From Mycolicibacterium smegmatis (lineage in GTDB: Bacteria > Actinomycetota > Actinomycetes > Mycobacteriales > Mycobacteriaceae): DNA of 32,000 nt. The notes beneath the pieces were generated by a model. It saw only the letters and a program-made list of their open reading frames with translations. It did no database searches and was not told the origin of the DNA. Each line of letters opens with the position of its first letter. Position 1 is the stretch's first letter. Position numbers and translations under genes: made by a program. Below, piece by piece: positions 10,496-23,063 of this stretch. Location: positions 5,520,001 through 5,552,000 of the forward strand of contig NZ_LN831039.1 in the NCBI RefSeq assembly GCF_001457595.1. The letters run 5' to 3'.

Positions 10496-11350
10496 CTAGA
10501 AGCGGCAACTCTCGCTAAGCCTGTACACCCGTTCGGCGGTGGCCGCGGTCTCGGCGGCGATCTCCTCGGCAGGGCGGTCCAGCAACGTCGCCAGTGCACG
10601 CACAGTGTAGGGCAGGCAGTACGGCTCGTTGGGCGCCCCTCGGAACGGGTGCGGCGTGAGGAACGGCGCGTCGGTCTCGACGAGCATCTGCCCCTGCGGG
10701 ATCAGCCGGGCAGCCTCCTGCAGGTCACGGGCGTTCTTGAAGCTCACGGTGCCCGACAGGCTCAACACCCAGCCCGCGTCGATGCACGTTCGCGCCATGG
10801 CCGGACCCGACGAGAAACAGTGGAAGATCACAGTCTCGGGCGCACCCTCGGCCCGCAACACGTCGAGCACCTCGGCGTCGGCGTCGCGGTTGTGGATCAT
10901 GAGCGGTTTGCCGCTGCGCTTGGCCAGGTCGATGTGCCACGCGAACGCGTCGCGCTGCTCGGCCGGCGTCGCGCATCCGTCGAGGCGACCGGGCCAGTAC
11001 ATGTCCATCCCGGTCTCGCCGATCGCGACCACACGAGGATGGGTGGCCAGCTGTTCGAGATCAGCCTTCGCGGCGTCGGTGAGCGTGTCGGCCCGCGTCG
11101 GATGCAGCGCCACCGCGGCCCAGACGCGGTCGTCGGCGTCGGCCGCGCGGGTCACCCAATGTGCCGCGTCCAGGTCGTCGGCGATCGTCACGACGCGCCC
11201 GACGCCCACGGCGGCGGCGCGATCGACGATGGCGCGCACGTCTTCCGGGTTGTCGGCACCGCACGCGTCGAGGTGGGTGTGCGCGTCGACGAGCGGGGTC
11301 AACGGTTCCGGAGCTGGCGGTTTCTCCCTGGCTGAACGTTTCGCACTCAC
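10496..11350 (-). CDS. tatD: TatD-family metal-dependent DNase (284 aa)
   Basis: [38 protein letters not shown]; GTG start at 11350 (the 774-aa track ORF start is spurious). Confidence 0.93.
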   Translation of the reverse strand: MSAKRSAREKPPAPEPLTPLVDAHTHLDACGADNPEDVRAIVDRAAAVGVGRVVTIADDLDAAHWVTRAADADDRVWAAVALHPTRADTLTDAAKADLEQLATHPRVVAIGETGMDMYWPGRLDGCATPAEQRDAFAWHIDLAKRSGKPLMIHNRDADAEVLDVLRAEGAPETVIFHCFSSGPAMARTCIDAGWVLSLSGTVSFKNARDLQEAARLIPQGQMLVETDAPFLTPHPFRGAPNEPYCLPYTVRALATLLDRPAEEIAAETAATAERVYRLSESCRF

Positions 11351-11374
11351 CGCAACACCATAAGGTGGGAGCAA

Positions 11375-14273
<2,899 letters not shown>

Positions 14274-14305
14274 TCGAGTGATCTGAGCCACATTCGGCGC
14301 CGATC

Positions 14306-14332
14306 TGTCACACTCGGGCGGCGCGCGGTGTC
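14306..14332 (+). promoter_or_regulatory. Candidate ECF41-type promoter TGTCACA-N16-TGTC
   Basis: TGTCACA 14306-14312, 16-bp spacer, TGTC 14329-14332, 34 bp upstream of the oxidoreductase ATG. Confidence 0.6.
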
Positions 14333-14366
14333 TTGAGGGCACAAGCCCATTCGAGAAGGAGACACC

Positions 14367-15560
14367 ATGACGCCGAATGCCCCTCACATCGTCGTGATCG
14401 GCGGCGGCTACGCCGGGGTGCTGGCCGCGAACCATCTGCAGCAGGCTGCACACGCGAAGATCACCCTGGTAAATCCGCGACCGGAGTTCGTCGAACGCAT
14501 CCGCCTGCACCAGTTGGCCGTCGGTAACCACTCGGCCACCACCGGCTACGACACGGTGCTGGGTGACCGGGTGCGCCTGCTCGTGGACAGCGTCGAGCGC
14601 ATCGACGCCCCGATCCGCCAGGTGCAGCTGGCCTCCGGTGACGTCGTCGACTACGACTACCTGCTGTACGCCGTCGGCAGCACCGGCGGTGTGCCAACGT
14701 CGGTTCCCGGTGCGGCCGAATTCGCCTATCCGCTCAGCGAATTGGAGCAGGCACAGCGGCTGCGTGAGCGGCTGCAGGACATCCCGATGTCGGCCCCGGT
14801 CGTCGTGGTGGGCGGTGGCCTCACCGGCATCGAGGCCGCGGGCGAGTTCGCCGAGGCCGGCCGGCCGGTCACGCTCGTCACCGACGTGGTCGGCGCATCG
14901 CTGGGAGACCAGGCCCGCCGCTCGGTGGTCAAGGCACTGCGCAAGCTCGGGGTGACGATCGTCAGCGGGCCCGACATCCTCGTCGCGTCCGTCGGGGCCA
15001 CCGACGTGACCCTGGCCGACGGCACACGCCTGCCCAGCGCGGTGACGGTGTGGACGACCGGTTTCGGGGTGCCCGGCCTGGCCGCGGCCAGCGGGCTCAC
15101 CACCGACGAACTGGGACGGCTGATCACCGACGAGACGCTCACCAGCGTCGACGACGACCGCATCGTCGCGGCGGGCGACTGCGCCTCACCGTCGGGCATC
15201 CCGCTGCGTATGAGCTGCCAGGCCGCGGGCCCCATGGGCATCCAGGCCGCCAACACCGTGCTGGCCCGCCTGGCCGGAACCGAACCCGCGGTGCTCAACC
15301 AGGCGTTCACGGGCCAGTGCGTGAGCGTCGGGCGCACCTACGGCACCGTGCAGATCGCGCACTCCGACGACACCCCGCGGCGGCTGTACTTCGGCGGGCG
15401 CACCGGCGCCGCGATCAAGGAGCAGGTGTGCAAGGCGACCATCACATTCATGGCCAAGGAAGGGCGCAAACCGGGATCCTATTTCTGGTTCAAGGGACGC
15501 AACCGCGCCCGCCAACTCGCCGAGGCAGCCGAGGACACCGTGGGAGCAGCACACCGATGA
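14367..15560 (+). CDS. FAD-dependent pyridine nucleotide-disulphide oxidoreductase, NADH dehydrogenase II-like (397 aa)
   Basis: HIVVIGGGYAGVLAANHL FAD motif, VVVGGGLTGIEAAGE second nucleotide motif, VAAGDCA. Confidence 0.9.
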   Translation: MTPNAPHIVVIGGGYAGVLAANHLQQAAHAKITLVNPRPEFVERIRLHQLAVGNHSATTGYDTVLGDRVRLLVDSVERIDAPIRQVQLASGDVVDYDYLLYAVGSTGGVPTSVPGAAEFAYPLSELEQAQRLRERLQDIPMSAPVVVVGGGLTGIEAAGEFAEAGRPVTLVTDVVGASLGDQARRSVVKALRKLGVTIVSGPDILVASVGATDVTLADGTRLPSAVTVWTTGFGVPGLAAASGLTTDELGRLITDETLTSVDDDRIVAAGDCASPSGIPLRMSCQAAGPMGIQAANTVLARLAGTEPAVLNQAFTGQCVSVGRTYGTVQIAHSDDTPRRLYFGGRTGAAIKEQVCKATITFMAKEGRKPGSYFWFKGRNRARQLAEAAEDTVGAAHR

Positions 15561-16468
15561 ACAATCCCAGCGCAGGCAACTCGACCGAGCACGCCGAACG
15601 GTTCACGGCCCTGCGGCCGCTGCTGTTCACCATCGCATACGAGATCCTGGGTACGGCAACAGAATCCGACGATGTGCTGCAGGAGAGTTACCTGCGCTGG
15701 GCCGAGGTGGACCTCGCCACGGTGACCGACACCAAGGCCTATCTGGCCAAGCTGGTCACCCGCCAGTCGCTCAACGCGCTGCGCGCCAGGTCGCGCCTGC
15801 GCGAGGAGTACGTGGGCCCGTGGCTGCCCGAACCGCTGCTGGTGGCCGAGACCACGGACGCGTCGTCGGATGTGGTGCTCGCCGAATCGGTTTCGATGGC
15901 GATGCTCGTCGTGCTGGAAACCCTGACCCCCGACGAGCGCGCGGTGTTCGTGCTGCACGACGTGTTCGGGTTCAGCCACGACGAGATCGCCTCCACCATC
16001 GGGAAGTCCGCGGCCGCGGTGCGCCAGATGGCACACCGTGCACGTAATCACGTGCAGTCGCGTCGCAAACGCTTCGAACCCGTCGACCCGCAGGTGTCGA
16101 TGGAGATCACGCAGCGCTTCTTCACCGCGGCCTCGACCGGCGACATCGACGCGCTCATGGAGTTGCTCGCCCCGGACGTGGTGTGGACCGCCGACAGTGC
16201 GGGCAAGCGCAGTGCGGCGCGCCGCCCGGTCTCGGGTGCCGACGCCGTGGCCCGCCTGGTCTCCGGGCTCGTGCGCCTGGGCGGTGAAGGCGCGCGCGTG
16301 GAACCGGCCATGTACAACAACGCCCCCGCGCTCAAGCTGTACCTGGGCGACAGTTTCGAGGGTGTGATCACCATCGAGATCGTCGACGGGCGCATCACGC
16401 ACTTCTACGCGATGCGCAACCCCGACAAGCTCGCAGGCGTCGACATCCCGCGGGTGATCAGCCGCTAG
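15557..16468 (+). CDS. ECF sigma factor with SnoaL-like C-terminal domain, ECF41/SigJ group (303 aa)
   Basis: Sigma70 regions 2/4, linker WLPEPL, C-terminal NPDKL; ATGA overlap with upstream gene. Confidence 0.92.
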   Translation: MNNPSAGNSTEHAERFTALRPLLFTIAYEILGTATESDDVLQESYLRWAEVDLATVTDTKAYLAKLVTRQSLNALRARSRLREEYVGPWLPEPLLVAETTDASSDVVLAESVSMAMLVVLETLTPDERAVFVLHDVFGFSHDEIASTIGKSAAAVRQMAHRARNHVQSRRKRFEPVDPQVSMEITQRFFTAASTGDIDALMELLAPDVVWTADSAGKRSAARRPVSGADAVARLVSGLVRLGGEGARVEPAMYNNAPALKLYLGDSFEGVITIEIVDGRITHFYAMRNPDKLAGVDIPRVISR

Positions 16469-16488
16469 CAATCTGCCACGCTGATGGC

Positions 16489-17742
16489 ATGCGGATCGAG
16501 CGGTTCTGCACGCCGGACGGGGCCACGTCAGCCCCTTCCGTGCTGCGCAGCGTCGCCGCCGCCGCGTCTGCCGCAGGCCTGGCACCGCCTGCCGCACTGA
16601 TCGGTGACTGGTTCGGCTCGCGTGCCGTCATCGCGCCGACCGTCACCGCGCAGCCCGCCGAACCCGACGCGGTGTTCGATGTGCCTCAGGGTTCTGCCGA
16701 GGGCACAGCCGTTGGCGGTGGCTGGTTCGGCTACCTGTCGTATCCCGATCCAGGGGCCTGCGAGAGCGCACCACGCATCCCCGAGGCCGCAGGCGGGTGG
16801 TCGGACTGCGTCCTGCGGCAGGACGCCGCAGGACAGTGGTGGTACGAAAGCCTCGGCGGTGCACCACTTCCCGCATGGCTGCGTGATCTGGAGCCCGCAC
16901 CTCCCCGCCCACACATCGTCGACTGGGTGCCGCCGGATCGTGGCGCGCACCGCCGTGGCGTGCTGGCCTGCCTGGAGGCCATCGCGGCGGGCGAGGTGTA
17001 TCAGGCATGCGTGTGCACCCGGTTCACCGGGCGCCTGGACGGCTCGCCGTCGGATTTCTTCGCCGACGCGGTGGCGCGCACCGCGCCTGCGCGCGCGGCG
17101 TACCTGGCGGGCGACTGGGGTGCCGTCGCTTCACTGTCACCGGAACTGTTCCTGAGCCGGCGAGGATCGTCGGTGTCGTCGAGCCCCATCAAGGGGACGC
17201 TGCCGCGCCACGCCGACCCCGCCGGACTGCGGGCGTCGGTCAAGGATGTCGCCGAGAACGTCATGATCGTGGACCTGGTGCGCAACGATCTCGGTCGCGT
17301 CGCGCGGACCGGGACGGTGACGGTGCCCGAACTCCTCGCGGTCAGACCCGCGCCGGGCGTGTGGCATCTGGTGTCGACCGTGGCGGCCGAGGTCGACCCG
17401 TGCGTGCCCATGGGCGCGCTGCTCGATGCCGCTTTCCCGCCCGCGTCGGTCACCGGCACGCCGAAGGGCCGCGCGCGTGAGCTGCTGCGCACCTGGGAGC
17501 CTGGTTTGCGTGGAATATACTGCGGGACAGTCGGTCTGGCTTCACCCGTCGCGGGCTGCGAGTTGAACGTCGCGATCCGCACCGTCGAGTTCGGCGCCGA
17601 CGGATCGGCTGTGCTCGGCGTGGGCGGCGGTATCACCGCGGACTCCGACCCCGACCGCGAGTGGGAGGAATGTCTGCACAAGGCCGCCAGCATCGTGGGG
17701 CCGGTGACCGATCAGTCCCTTGAGCGCAGCACGGCGTCGTAG
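16489..17742 (+). CDS. pabB: Aminodeoxychorismate synthase component I / chorismate-binding enzyme (417 aa)
   Basis: GEVYQACVCTRF, SPELFLSRRG, IKGTLPRH, DLVRNDLGRVA, PPASVTGTPKGRA motifs. Confidence 0.92.
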   Translation: MRIERFCTPDGATSAPSVLRSVAAAASAAGLAPPAALIGDWFGSRAVIAPTVTAQPAEPDAVFDVPQGSAEGTAVGGGWFGYLSYPDPGACESAPRIPEAAGGWSDCVLRQDAAGQWWYESLGGAPLPAWLRDLEPAPPRPHIVDWVPPDRGAHRRGVLACLEAIAAGEVYQACVCTRFTGRLDGSPSDFFADAVARTAPARAAYLAGDWGAVASLSPELFLSRRGSSVSSSPIKGTLPRHADPAGLRASVKDVAENVMIVDLVRNDLGRVARTGTVTVPELLAVRPAPGVWHLVSTVAAEVDPCVPMGALLDAAFPPASVTGTPKGRARELLRTWEPGLRGIYCGTVGLASPVAGCELNVAIRTVEFGADGSAVLGVGGGITADSDPDREWEECLHKAASIVGPVTDQSLERSTAS

Positions 17743-18548
17743 AGTTCGCGCTTGGACGGCGCGCCCGGGTTGTCGGCGACGACGCGCGCGCAGGCGTCCT
17801 TGACGCGCGTGCCCGCCGCGACGAGTTCCTCGACCTCGGCCACGAGCGTCGGTAGATCCGCGGTCGGCGTCGCACCCGCGAGCACCACGGTGATCTCCCC
17901 CAGCACGCCGTCGTCGGCCCAGTCCGCCAGCTCGGCCAGCGAGCCGCGCCTGATCTCCTCGTGCGTCTTGGTCAGCTCGCGGCACACCACCGCGCGGCGG
18001 TCCGCTCCGAGCGCGTCGACCGCGTCGCGCAGCGTCTCGGCGAGCCGGCGCGGGGATTCGAAGAACACGCACGTGCGCATCTCGTGGGCCAGCGTCTGAA
18101 GCCATGTCATGCGGGCGGCGTGTTTGCGTGGTGCGAAGCCCTCGAAGCAGAAGCGATCCGACGCCAGGCCCGACACCGCGAGTGCCGTCGTCACCGCCGA
18201 CGGTCCCGGTAGGCAGCTGACCGGAAGGCCCGCCTCGGCGCACGCCGCGACGAGCCGATAGCCCGGATCGTTGATCAGCGGCATGCCCGCGTCGCTGACC
18301 ACCAGCACGGTCGCGCCCGCCCGGATCTCCTCGACCAGCCCGGGCACCCGGCTCGCCTCGTTCTGGTCGAAGAAGCTCAGCACCCGCCCGGTCGGTGTCA
18401 CCTCGAGCGCCTGCGCGAGCGACCGGATGCGCCTGGTGTCCTCGGCGGCGACGATGTCGGCGTCTCTCAAGGCCCTGACCAGCCGCGCCGACGCATCGGA
18501 AGGCTGGCCCAACGGCGTCGCGCCGATCAGCAGTTTGCCGAGTGTCAC
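17712..18548 (-). CDS. rsmI: 16S rRNA (cytidine1402-2'-O)-methyltransferase (278 aa)
   Basis: GKLLIGATPLGQPSD, VAAEDTRR, VVSDAGMPLINDPGYRLV, LPGPSAVTTAL; GTG start at 18548. Confidence 0.93.
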   Translation of the reverse strand: MTLGKLLIGATPLGQPSDASARLVRALRDADIVAAEDTRRIRSLAQALEVTPTGRVLSFFDQNEASRVPGLVEEIRAGATVLVVSDAGMPLINDPGYRLVAACAEAGLPVSCLPGPSAVTTALAVSGLASDRFCFEGFAPRKHAARMTWLQTLAHEMRTCVFFESPRRLAETLRDAVDALGADRRAVVCRELTKTHEEIRRGSLAELADWADDGVLGEITVVLAGATPTADLPTLVAEVEELVAAGTRVKDACARVVADNPGAPSKRELYDAVLRSRD

Positions 18549-18572
18549 GACCGACAGCCTACGATCGCTTGC

Positions 18573-20123
18573 GTGACCGCCCTCGACACCGATACGCCGA
18601 CGGCTGGTCGCTCGGCTCCACTGATCAGTCCCGGTCCCGTGATCCCGCCCCCCGATTTCGGTCCGCTGGACCGCGCGCAGGGCTGGGCGATGACGGCCAT
18701 CATCACTGCTCTGGCCGCGATCACCCGGTTCTTGAACCTGGGGTCGCCCACCGATGCCGGCACGCCGATCTTCGACGAGAAGCACTACGCGCCGCAGGCC
18801 TGGCAGGTGCTGCACAACCACGGTGTCGAGGACAATCCCGGCTACGGGCTGGTGGTGCACCCGCCCGTCGGCAAGCAGTTGATCGCCATCGGCGAGTGGC
18901 TGTTCGGTTACAACGGCCTGGGCTGGCGGTTCTCGGGCGCGGTGTGCGGCGTCATCATCGTGATGCTGGTGACCCGCATCGCGCGGCGCATCAGCCGCTC
19001 GACGCTGGTCGGCGCGATCGCCGGGTTGTTGATCATCGCCGACGGGGTCAGCTTCGTGTCATCGCGCACAGCGCTGCTCGACGTGTTCCTGGTGATGTTC
19101 GCGGTCGCGGCGTTCGCGTGCCTCATGGTCGACCGCGACCAGGTGCGCGAACGGATGTACCACGCGTTTCTCGACGGCCGTATCGCCGAGACCCGCTGGG
19201 GTACCCGGCTCGGTGTGCGCTGGTGGCGTTTCGGTGCGGGCGTGCTGCTGGGCCTGGCGTGCGCGACGAAGTGGTCCGGGCTGTACTTCGTGTTGTTCTT
19301 CGGCGTCATGACGCTCGTGTTCGACGCCATCGCGCGCAAGCAGTACCACGTGCCGCATCCGTGGCGGGGGATGCTGAGACGCGATCTGGGACCTGCCGCA
19401 TACGTCTTCGGGCTGATCCCGTTCGCGGTGTACCTGGCGTCGTACGCGCCGTGGTTCGCCTCCGAGACCGCCGTCAACCGCTACGAGGTCGGGCGCTCCA
19501 TCGGGCCGGACAGCATCCTGCCCATCCCCGACGCACTGCGCTCGCTGTGGCACTACACCCATGCCGCCTACCGCTTCCACTCGAACCTGACCAACGCCGA
19601 CGGCAATCACCACCCGTGGGAGTCGAAGCCGTGGACGTGGCCGATGTCGCTGCGACCCGTGCTGTACGCGATCGACAACCAGGACGTGCCCGGCTGCGGC
19701 GCGCAGTCCTGCGTCAAGGCCGTGATGCTCGTCGGCACGCCCGCCATGTGGTTCATCGCGGTGCCGGTGCTCGGCTGGGCGCTGTGGCGGACCGTGGTGC
19801 GACGTGACTGGCGTTACGGCGCGGTGCTCGTCGGGTACATGGCCGGGTTCCTGCCGTGGTTCGCCGACATCGATCGCCAGATGTACTTCTTCTACGCCAC
19901 GGTAATGGCGCCGTTCCTCGTGCTCGCGATCGCGCTGATCCTCGGCGACATCCTCTACAAACCCAACCAGAACCCCGAACGCCGCACACTCGGCCTGCTG
20001 ACGGTGTGTTTCTATGTCGCGCTGGTGATCACGAACTTCGCCTGGATGTACCCGATCCTGACGGGCCTGCCGATCTCACAGACCACCTGGAACCTGCAGA
20101 TCTGGTTGCCGAGCTGGCGCTAG
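18573..20123 (+). CDS. pmt: Polyprenol-phosphate-mannose protein mannosyltransferase, GT39 (516 aa)
   Basis: RFLNLGSPTDAGTPIFDEKHYAPQAW acidic first-loop motif, multiple TM segments, synteny. Confidence 0.93.
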   Translation: MTALDTDTPTAGRSAPLISPGPVIPPPDFGPLDRAQGWAMTAIITALAAITRFLNLGSPTDAGTPIFDEKHYAPQAWQVLHNHGVEDNPGYGLVVHPPVGKQLIAIGEWLFGYNGLGWRFSGAVCGVIIVMLVTRIARRISRSTLVGAIAGLLIIADGVSFVSSRTALLDVFLVMFAVAAFACLMVDRDQVRERMYHAFLDGRIAETRWGTRLGVRWWRFGAGVLLGLACATKWSGLYFVLFFGVMTLVFDAIARKQYHVPHPWRGMLRRDLGPAAYVFGLIPFAVYLASYAPWFASETAVNRYEVGRSIGPDSILPIPDALRSLWHYTHAAYRFHSNLTNADGNHHPWESKPWTWPMSLRPVLYAIDNQDVPGCGAQSCVKAVMLVGTPAMWFIAVPVLGWALWRTVVRRDWRYGAVLVGYMAGFLPWFADIDRQMYFFYATVMAPFLVLAIALILGDILYKPNQNPERRTLGLLTVCFYVALVITNFAWMYPILTGLPISQTTWNLQIWLPSWR

Positions 20124-20152
20124 CTTCTGTTTGTTCCGGCGTCCTCCCCTAT

Positions 20153-20266
20153 CAGTAGTTCTGTATTGGTTCCCGTCCTCGAAACGGACACCATGGTCGT
20201 GAATTCTCGGCGAAACCGTGACACCACAGCCCTGAGGTCGCACTCGACGACGGGACGCTGACAAGT
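20153..20266 (+). repeat. Direct repeat copy 1 (about 114 bp)
   Basis: About 90% identical to 20319-20433; shares exact core acaccatggtcgtgaattctcggcgaaaccgtga. Confidence 0.92.
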
Positions 20267-20318
20267 GGTACTGACCCGTAACCCGCGGTGCATCACTGCG
20301 AAAACCTAGGTCGCCCAC

Positions 20319-20433
20319 CAGTAGTTCCGTTTTTGGTTCCCGCCCTCGAGATGCACACCATGGTCGTGAATTCTCGGCGAAACCGTGAAACCACAGCCAT
20401 GAGGTCACACTCGACGACGGGACGCCGACAAGT
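20319..20433 (+). repeat. Direct repeat copy 2 (about 115 bp)
   Basis: See copy 1; offset 166 bp. Confidence 0.92.
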
Positions 20434-20507
20434 CGTTGTCCACAGGCCACCTCTCCCGACATGCGCCACGGCCCGATGATGTCGGTGCCGCCCCGGACGA
20501 TGCCCGC

Positions 20508-21449
20508 ATGTACCCATTCATCGGCACCGAGGCCATCGCGGCAGGTGAGCTCACCCGCGGTCAGTTGCGGTGGAACTACACAGCGATTCACCCGAACGTG
20601 TATGTGGCAAAAGACGTCCGCCGATTTCTCAGCACCTACGCCTCGGCCGCGTGGCTGTGGACAGGCCGGACGGGAATCATCGCCGGGGAGGCTGCTGCCG
20701 GGCTGTACGGCGTGCGGGGTATCGATCCCGAAACACCTATCGAGATGATCGGCAGGCGCCGCCGCGAACGCCGTGGGGTGATCATCCGCGAGGAACGCAT
20801 CGATCCCGCGGAAGTCAGCACCGTCATGAATCTTCCCGTGACGTCACCTGCCCGCACTGCGCTGGATCTGGGACGTCGACTACCGCGAAGCCGCGCCCTC
20901 GCGCACCTGGATGCGCTTGCGGGAATCACCGGGGTGACCATCGACGAGGTTCTGGCCCTCGCCGACACGTATGCGGGGGCGCGCGGTGTGCGGCAGGCCC
21001 GCGACATCGTCGAATTGATGGACGGCGGTGCGCAGTCGGCGCGGGAGACACAGGTGCGCCTGATCCTCCTCGACGCCGGGCTACCGAAGCCGAAGACGAG
21101 TCTGGTTCTCGCAGATGACGACTGGGAGACCTTCGTGCCGATGGGCTGGCCCGACGCCAAGGTCGCGGTGGTCATCGACGACGACCCCGACACCTCGGAG
21201 TGCGGGATGGTGGTCAACGCCGCGCACGATGAGTGTCTGCAGCGGTTGGGCTGGTTTCGCGTGCGGGTGGTACCGCGTCACTCACCACGCTCGATCCTCT
21301 ACCGCGTGCGGCGAGCGTTGATGAGGCGGGGTGCCCTGTACCCCTACAACGGGTCCCTCGCGGCCGGACAGGACATACAGCGCGGTCCGCCACGGCCGGT
21401 CCCGAGCTCCGACGCCGGGATCGCCAGCACCTCGATACCCGAATCCTGA
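20508..21449 (+). CDS. AbiEi-like N-terminus plus DUF559/Vsr-like C-terminal domain protein (313 aa), nuclease motif degenerate
   Basis: [33 protein letters not shown] start; C-terminal [15 protein letters not shown]...[12 protein letters not shown]...ILYRVRRAL pattern. Confidence 0.7.
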   Translation: MYPFIGTEAIAAGELTRGQLRWNYTAIHPNVYVAKDVRRFLSTYASAAWLWTGRTGIIAGEAAAGLYGVRGIDPETPIEMIGRRRRERRGVIIREERIDPAEVSTVMNLPVTSPARTALDLGRRLPRSRALAHLDALAGITGVTIDEVLALADTYAGARGVRQARDIVELMDGGAQSARETQVRLILLDAGLPKPKTSLVLADDDWETFVPMGWPDAKVAVVIDDDPDTSECGMVVNAAHDECLQRLGWFRVRVVPRHSPRSILYRVRRALMRRGALYPYNGSLAAGQDIQRGPPRPVPSSDAGIASTSIPES

Positions 21450-22552
21450 AGCCGGGCATTGGTCACCGAATTGCGTTCATAGGCCACGACGACACCAGGG
21501 GCCAAGGCAAGGGTGTTGTTGCCGTCGTCCCACTGCTCGCGTTCGGCCGTCACGGGATCCAGGCCCGTATCGATCACGCGCAGTTTGTCGATGCCCATGG
21601 CCTCTGCCGCGGCGTCCACGAACCGCTGGGCGTCGCTGATGTGCACGCCGCCGGCGTCGTGGCGAATGGTGAACGCCGACAACGAATCGACGATGTTGGG
21701 GTACATCACCACGGCGTCGACGTCGACCATCGTGCACACGGTGTCCAGGTGCATCTGCGCACGCTCCTGCGCGATGGGCACCGCGAGCACGGTGTGTGCG
21801 AGCGCGTCGTCGAACAGGCTGCGCGCCAACGCTTCCGCACCGGCGGGCGTCGTGCGCTCCCCCACCCCGACCGCGACGACGCCGGGGGCGAGCAGCAGCA
21901 CGTCACCGCCCTCGACCGGGGCGGAACGGGACTCGTAGGCACGTCGAACGCCGAGGAACCGCGGGTGGTGGGCGTAGATGACGTCGGTCAGCGAGGTCTC
22001 GCGGTGCCGGGCGGGCAACGCCAGCGACGTGATCGCGACGCGCGGCCCGATCCAGAACGACGAGTCGCGGGTGAACAACAGGTTGGGCAGCGGGTCGATC
22101 ACGAAGTCGCCGCCGTGGTGCATGCGGCGCACAAGAGAGAGTTCCTTGCCGCTGAACGGCAGCTCGTTGAACGTCATCCCCGCGATCAGGACGTGCGCCA
22201 GGGCCGCGGGTTCGAGTGTGCGCAGATGCGCCGAGAGTTCCTGCGCCAACGGCACACCGAGCCGGCGCGCGTCCACGGCCGCGGAGATGCCGTGCATGCG
22301 GGCTGCCCCGCTGTGGGCCAGTGCCTCGGTGAGCAGATCCGCCACCAGCAGCACCTCGACGCCGCGGGAGCGCAGCATCTCGGCGAACTGATCGTGTTCC
22401 TCCTGGGCCTTGGACACCCACGGCAGACCGTCGAACAGCAGGGCGTCGTTGTTGCGTGGCGTCAGGCGTTTGAGTTCGGGGCCCGGCCGATGCAGGATCG
22501 CGACGCGCAGCGTGCCCACCTCGGAGTCGACACCCAACACGACATCAGTCAC
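21344..22552 (-). CDS. arcA: Arginine deiminase (402 aa)
   Basis: [43 protein letters not shown] motifs. Confidence 0.96.
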   Translation of the reverse strand: MTDVVLGVDSEVGTLRVAILHRPGPELKRLTPRNNDALLFDGLPWVSKAQEEHDQFAEMLRSRGVEVLLVADLLTEALAHSGAARMHGISAAVDARRLGVPLAQELSAHLRTLEPAALAHVLIAGMTFNELPFSGKELSLVRRMHHGGDFVIDPLPNLLFTRDSSFWIGPRVAITSLALPARHRETSLTDVIYAHHPRFLGVRRAYESRSAPVEGGDVLLLAPGVVAVGVGERTTPAGAEALARSLFDDALAHTVLAVPIAQERAQMHLDTVCTMVDVDAVVMYPNIVDSLSAFTIRHDAGGVHISDAQRFVDAAAEAMGIDKLRVIDTGLDPVTAEREQWDDGNNTLALAPGVVVAYERNSVTNARLQDSGIEVLAIPASELGTGRGGPRCMSCPAARDPL

Positions 22553-22575
22553 GTTAGAACGGTAACCCCATTTTC

Positions 22576-22595
22576 ACCTGAAGTAAGGTTTAGGT
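22576..22595 (+). promoter_or_regulatory. Candidate SoxR operator (ACCTGAAG-TAAG-GTTTAGGT)
   Basis: Imperfect dyad immediately upstream of soxR, between divergent arcA and soxR starts. Confidence 0.5.
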
Positions 22596-22598
22596 GTC

Positions 22599-23030
22599 AT
22601 GGACATGCACGAACTGACCCCAGGTGAGCTCGCTCAGCGCAGTGGCGTCGCGGTGTCGGCTCTGCACTTCTACGAGCGCGAAGGTCTCATCACGAGCCGT
22701 CGCACATCCGGCAACCAGCGCCGCTACGCCCGCGAGACGCTGCGCCGCGTGGCGTTCATCCGGATGTCCCAGCGTCTCGGCATACCGCTGTCCCGCATCC
22801 GCGAGGCACTGTCGACGCTGCCCAACGACCGCGTGCCCACCAGCAAGGACTGGGCACGCCTGTCGGCGGGTTGGCGCCAGGACCTCGACGACCGGATCAT
22901 GCATCTGCAACGCTTGCGCGACAACCTGACTGGCTGCATCGGCTGCGGCTGCCTGAGCCTCAAGACGTGTCAGCTGACCAATCCGGGAGATGTCCTGGCC
23001 GAACGCGGACCGGGCGCCGCACGCCTCTGA
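22599..23030 (+). CDS. soxR: MerR-family redox-sensitive transcriptional activator SoxR (143 aa)
   Basis: MerR HTH ([21 protein letters not shown]) and [2Fe-2S] [12 protein letters not shown] (C-x2-C-x-C-x5-C). Confidence 0.94.
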   Translation: MDMHELTPGELAQRSGVAVSALHFYEREGLITSRRTSGNQRRYARETLRRVAFIRMSQRLGIPLSRIREALSTLPNDRVPTSKDWARLSAGWRQDLDDRIMHLQRLRDNLTGCIGCGCLSLKTCQLTNPGDVLAERGPGAARL

Positions 23031-23034
23031 CACA

Positions 23035-23056
23035 TCGAACGTGTGTGCGATACACT
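23035..23056 (+). promoter_or_regulatory. Near-consensus mycobacterial SOS (LexA) box TCGAAC-gtgt-GTGCGA followed by TACACT -10
   Basis: 11/12 match to TCGAAC-N4-GTTCGA at 23035-23050; TACACT 23051-23056 ends 7 nt before the ATG. Confidence 0.65.
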
Positions 23057-23063
23057 CGCGCGC

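Noticed and set aside
15479-16597. 372-aa minus-strand ORF
   Set aside because: Antisense to the ECF41 sigma gene; low-complexity His/Arg-rich product.
18542-19807. 421-aa plus-strand ORF
   Set aside because: Alternative frame within pmt, Arg-rich and without family features.
20288-20479. 63-aa ORF through repeat copy 2
   Set aside because: Not called as a gene; the short frame is discussed under the repeat finding but there is no RBS or family evidence for translation.
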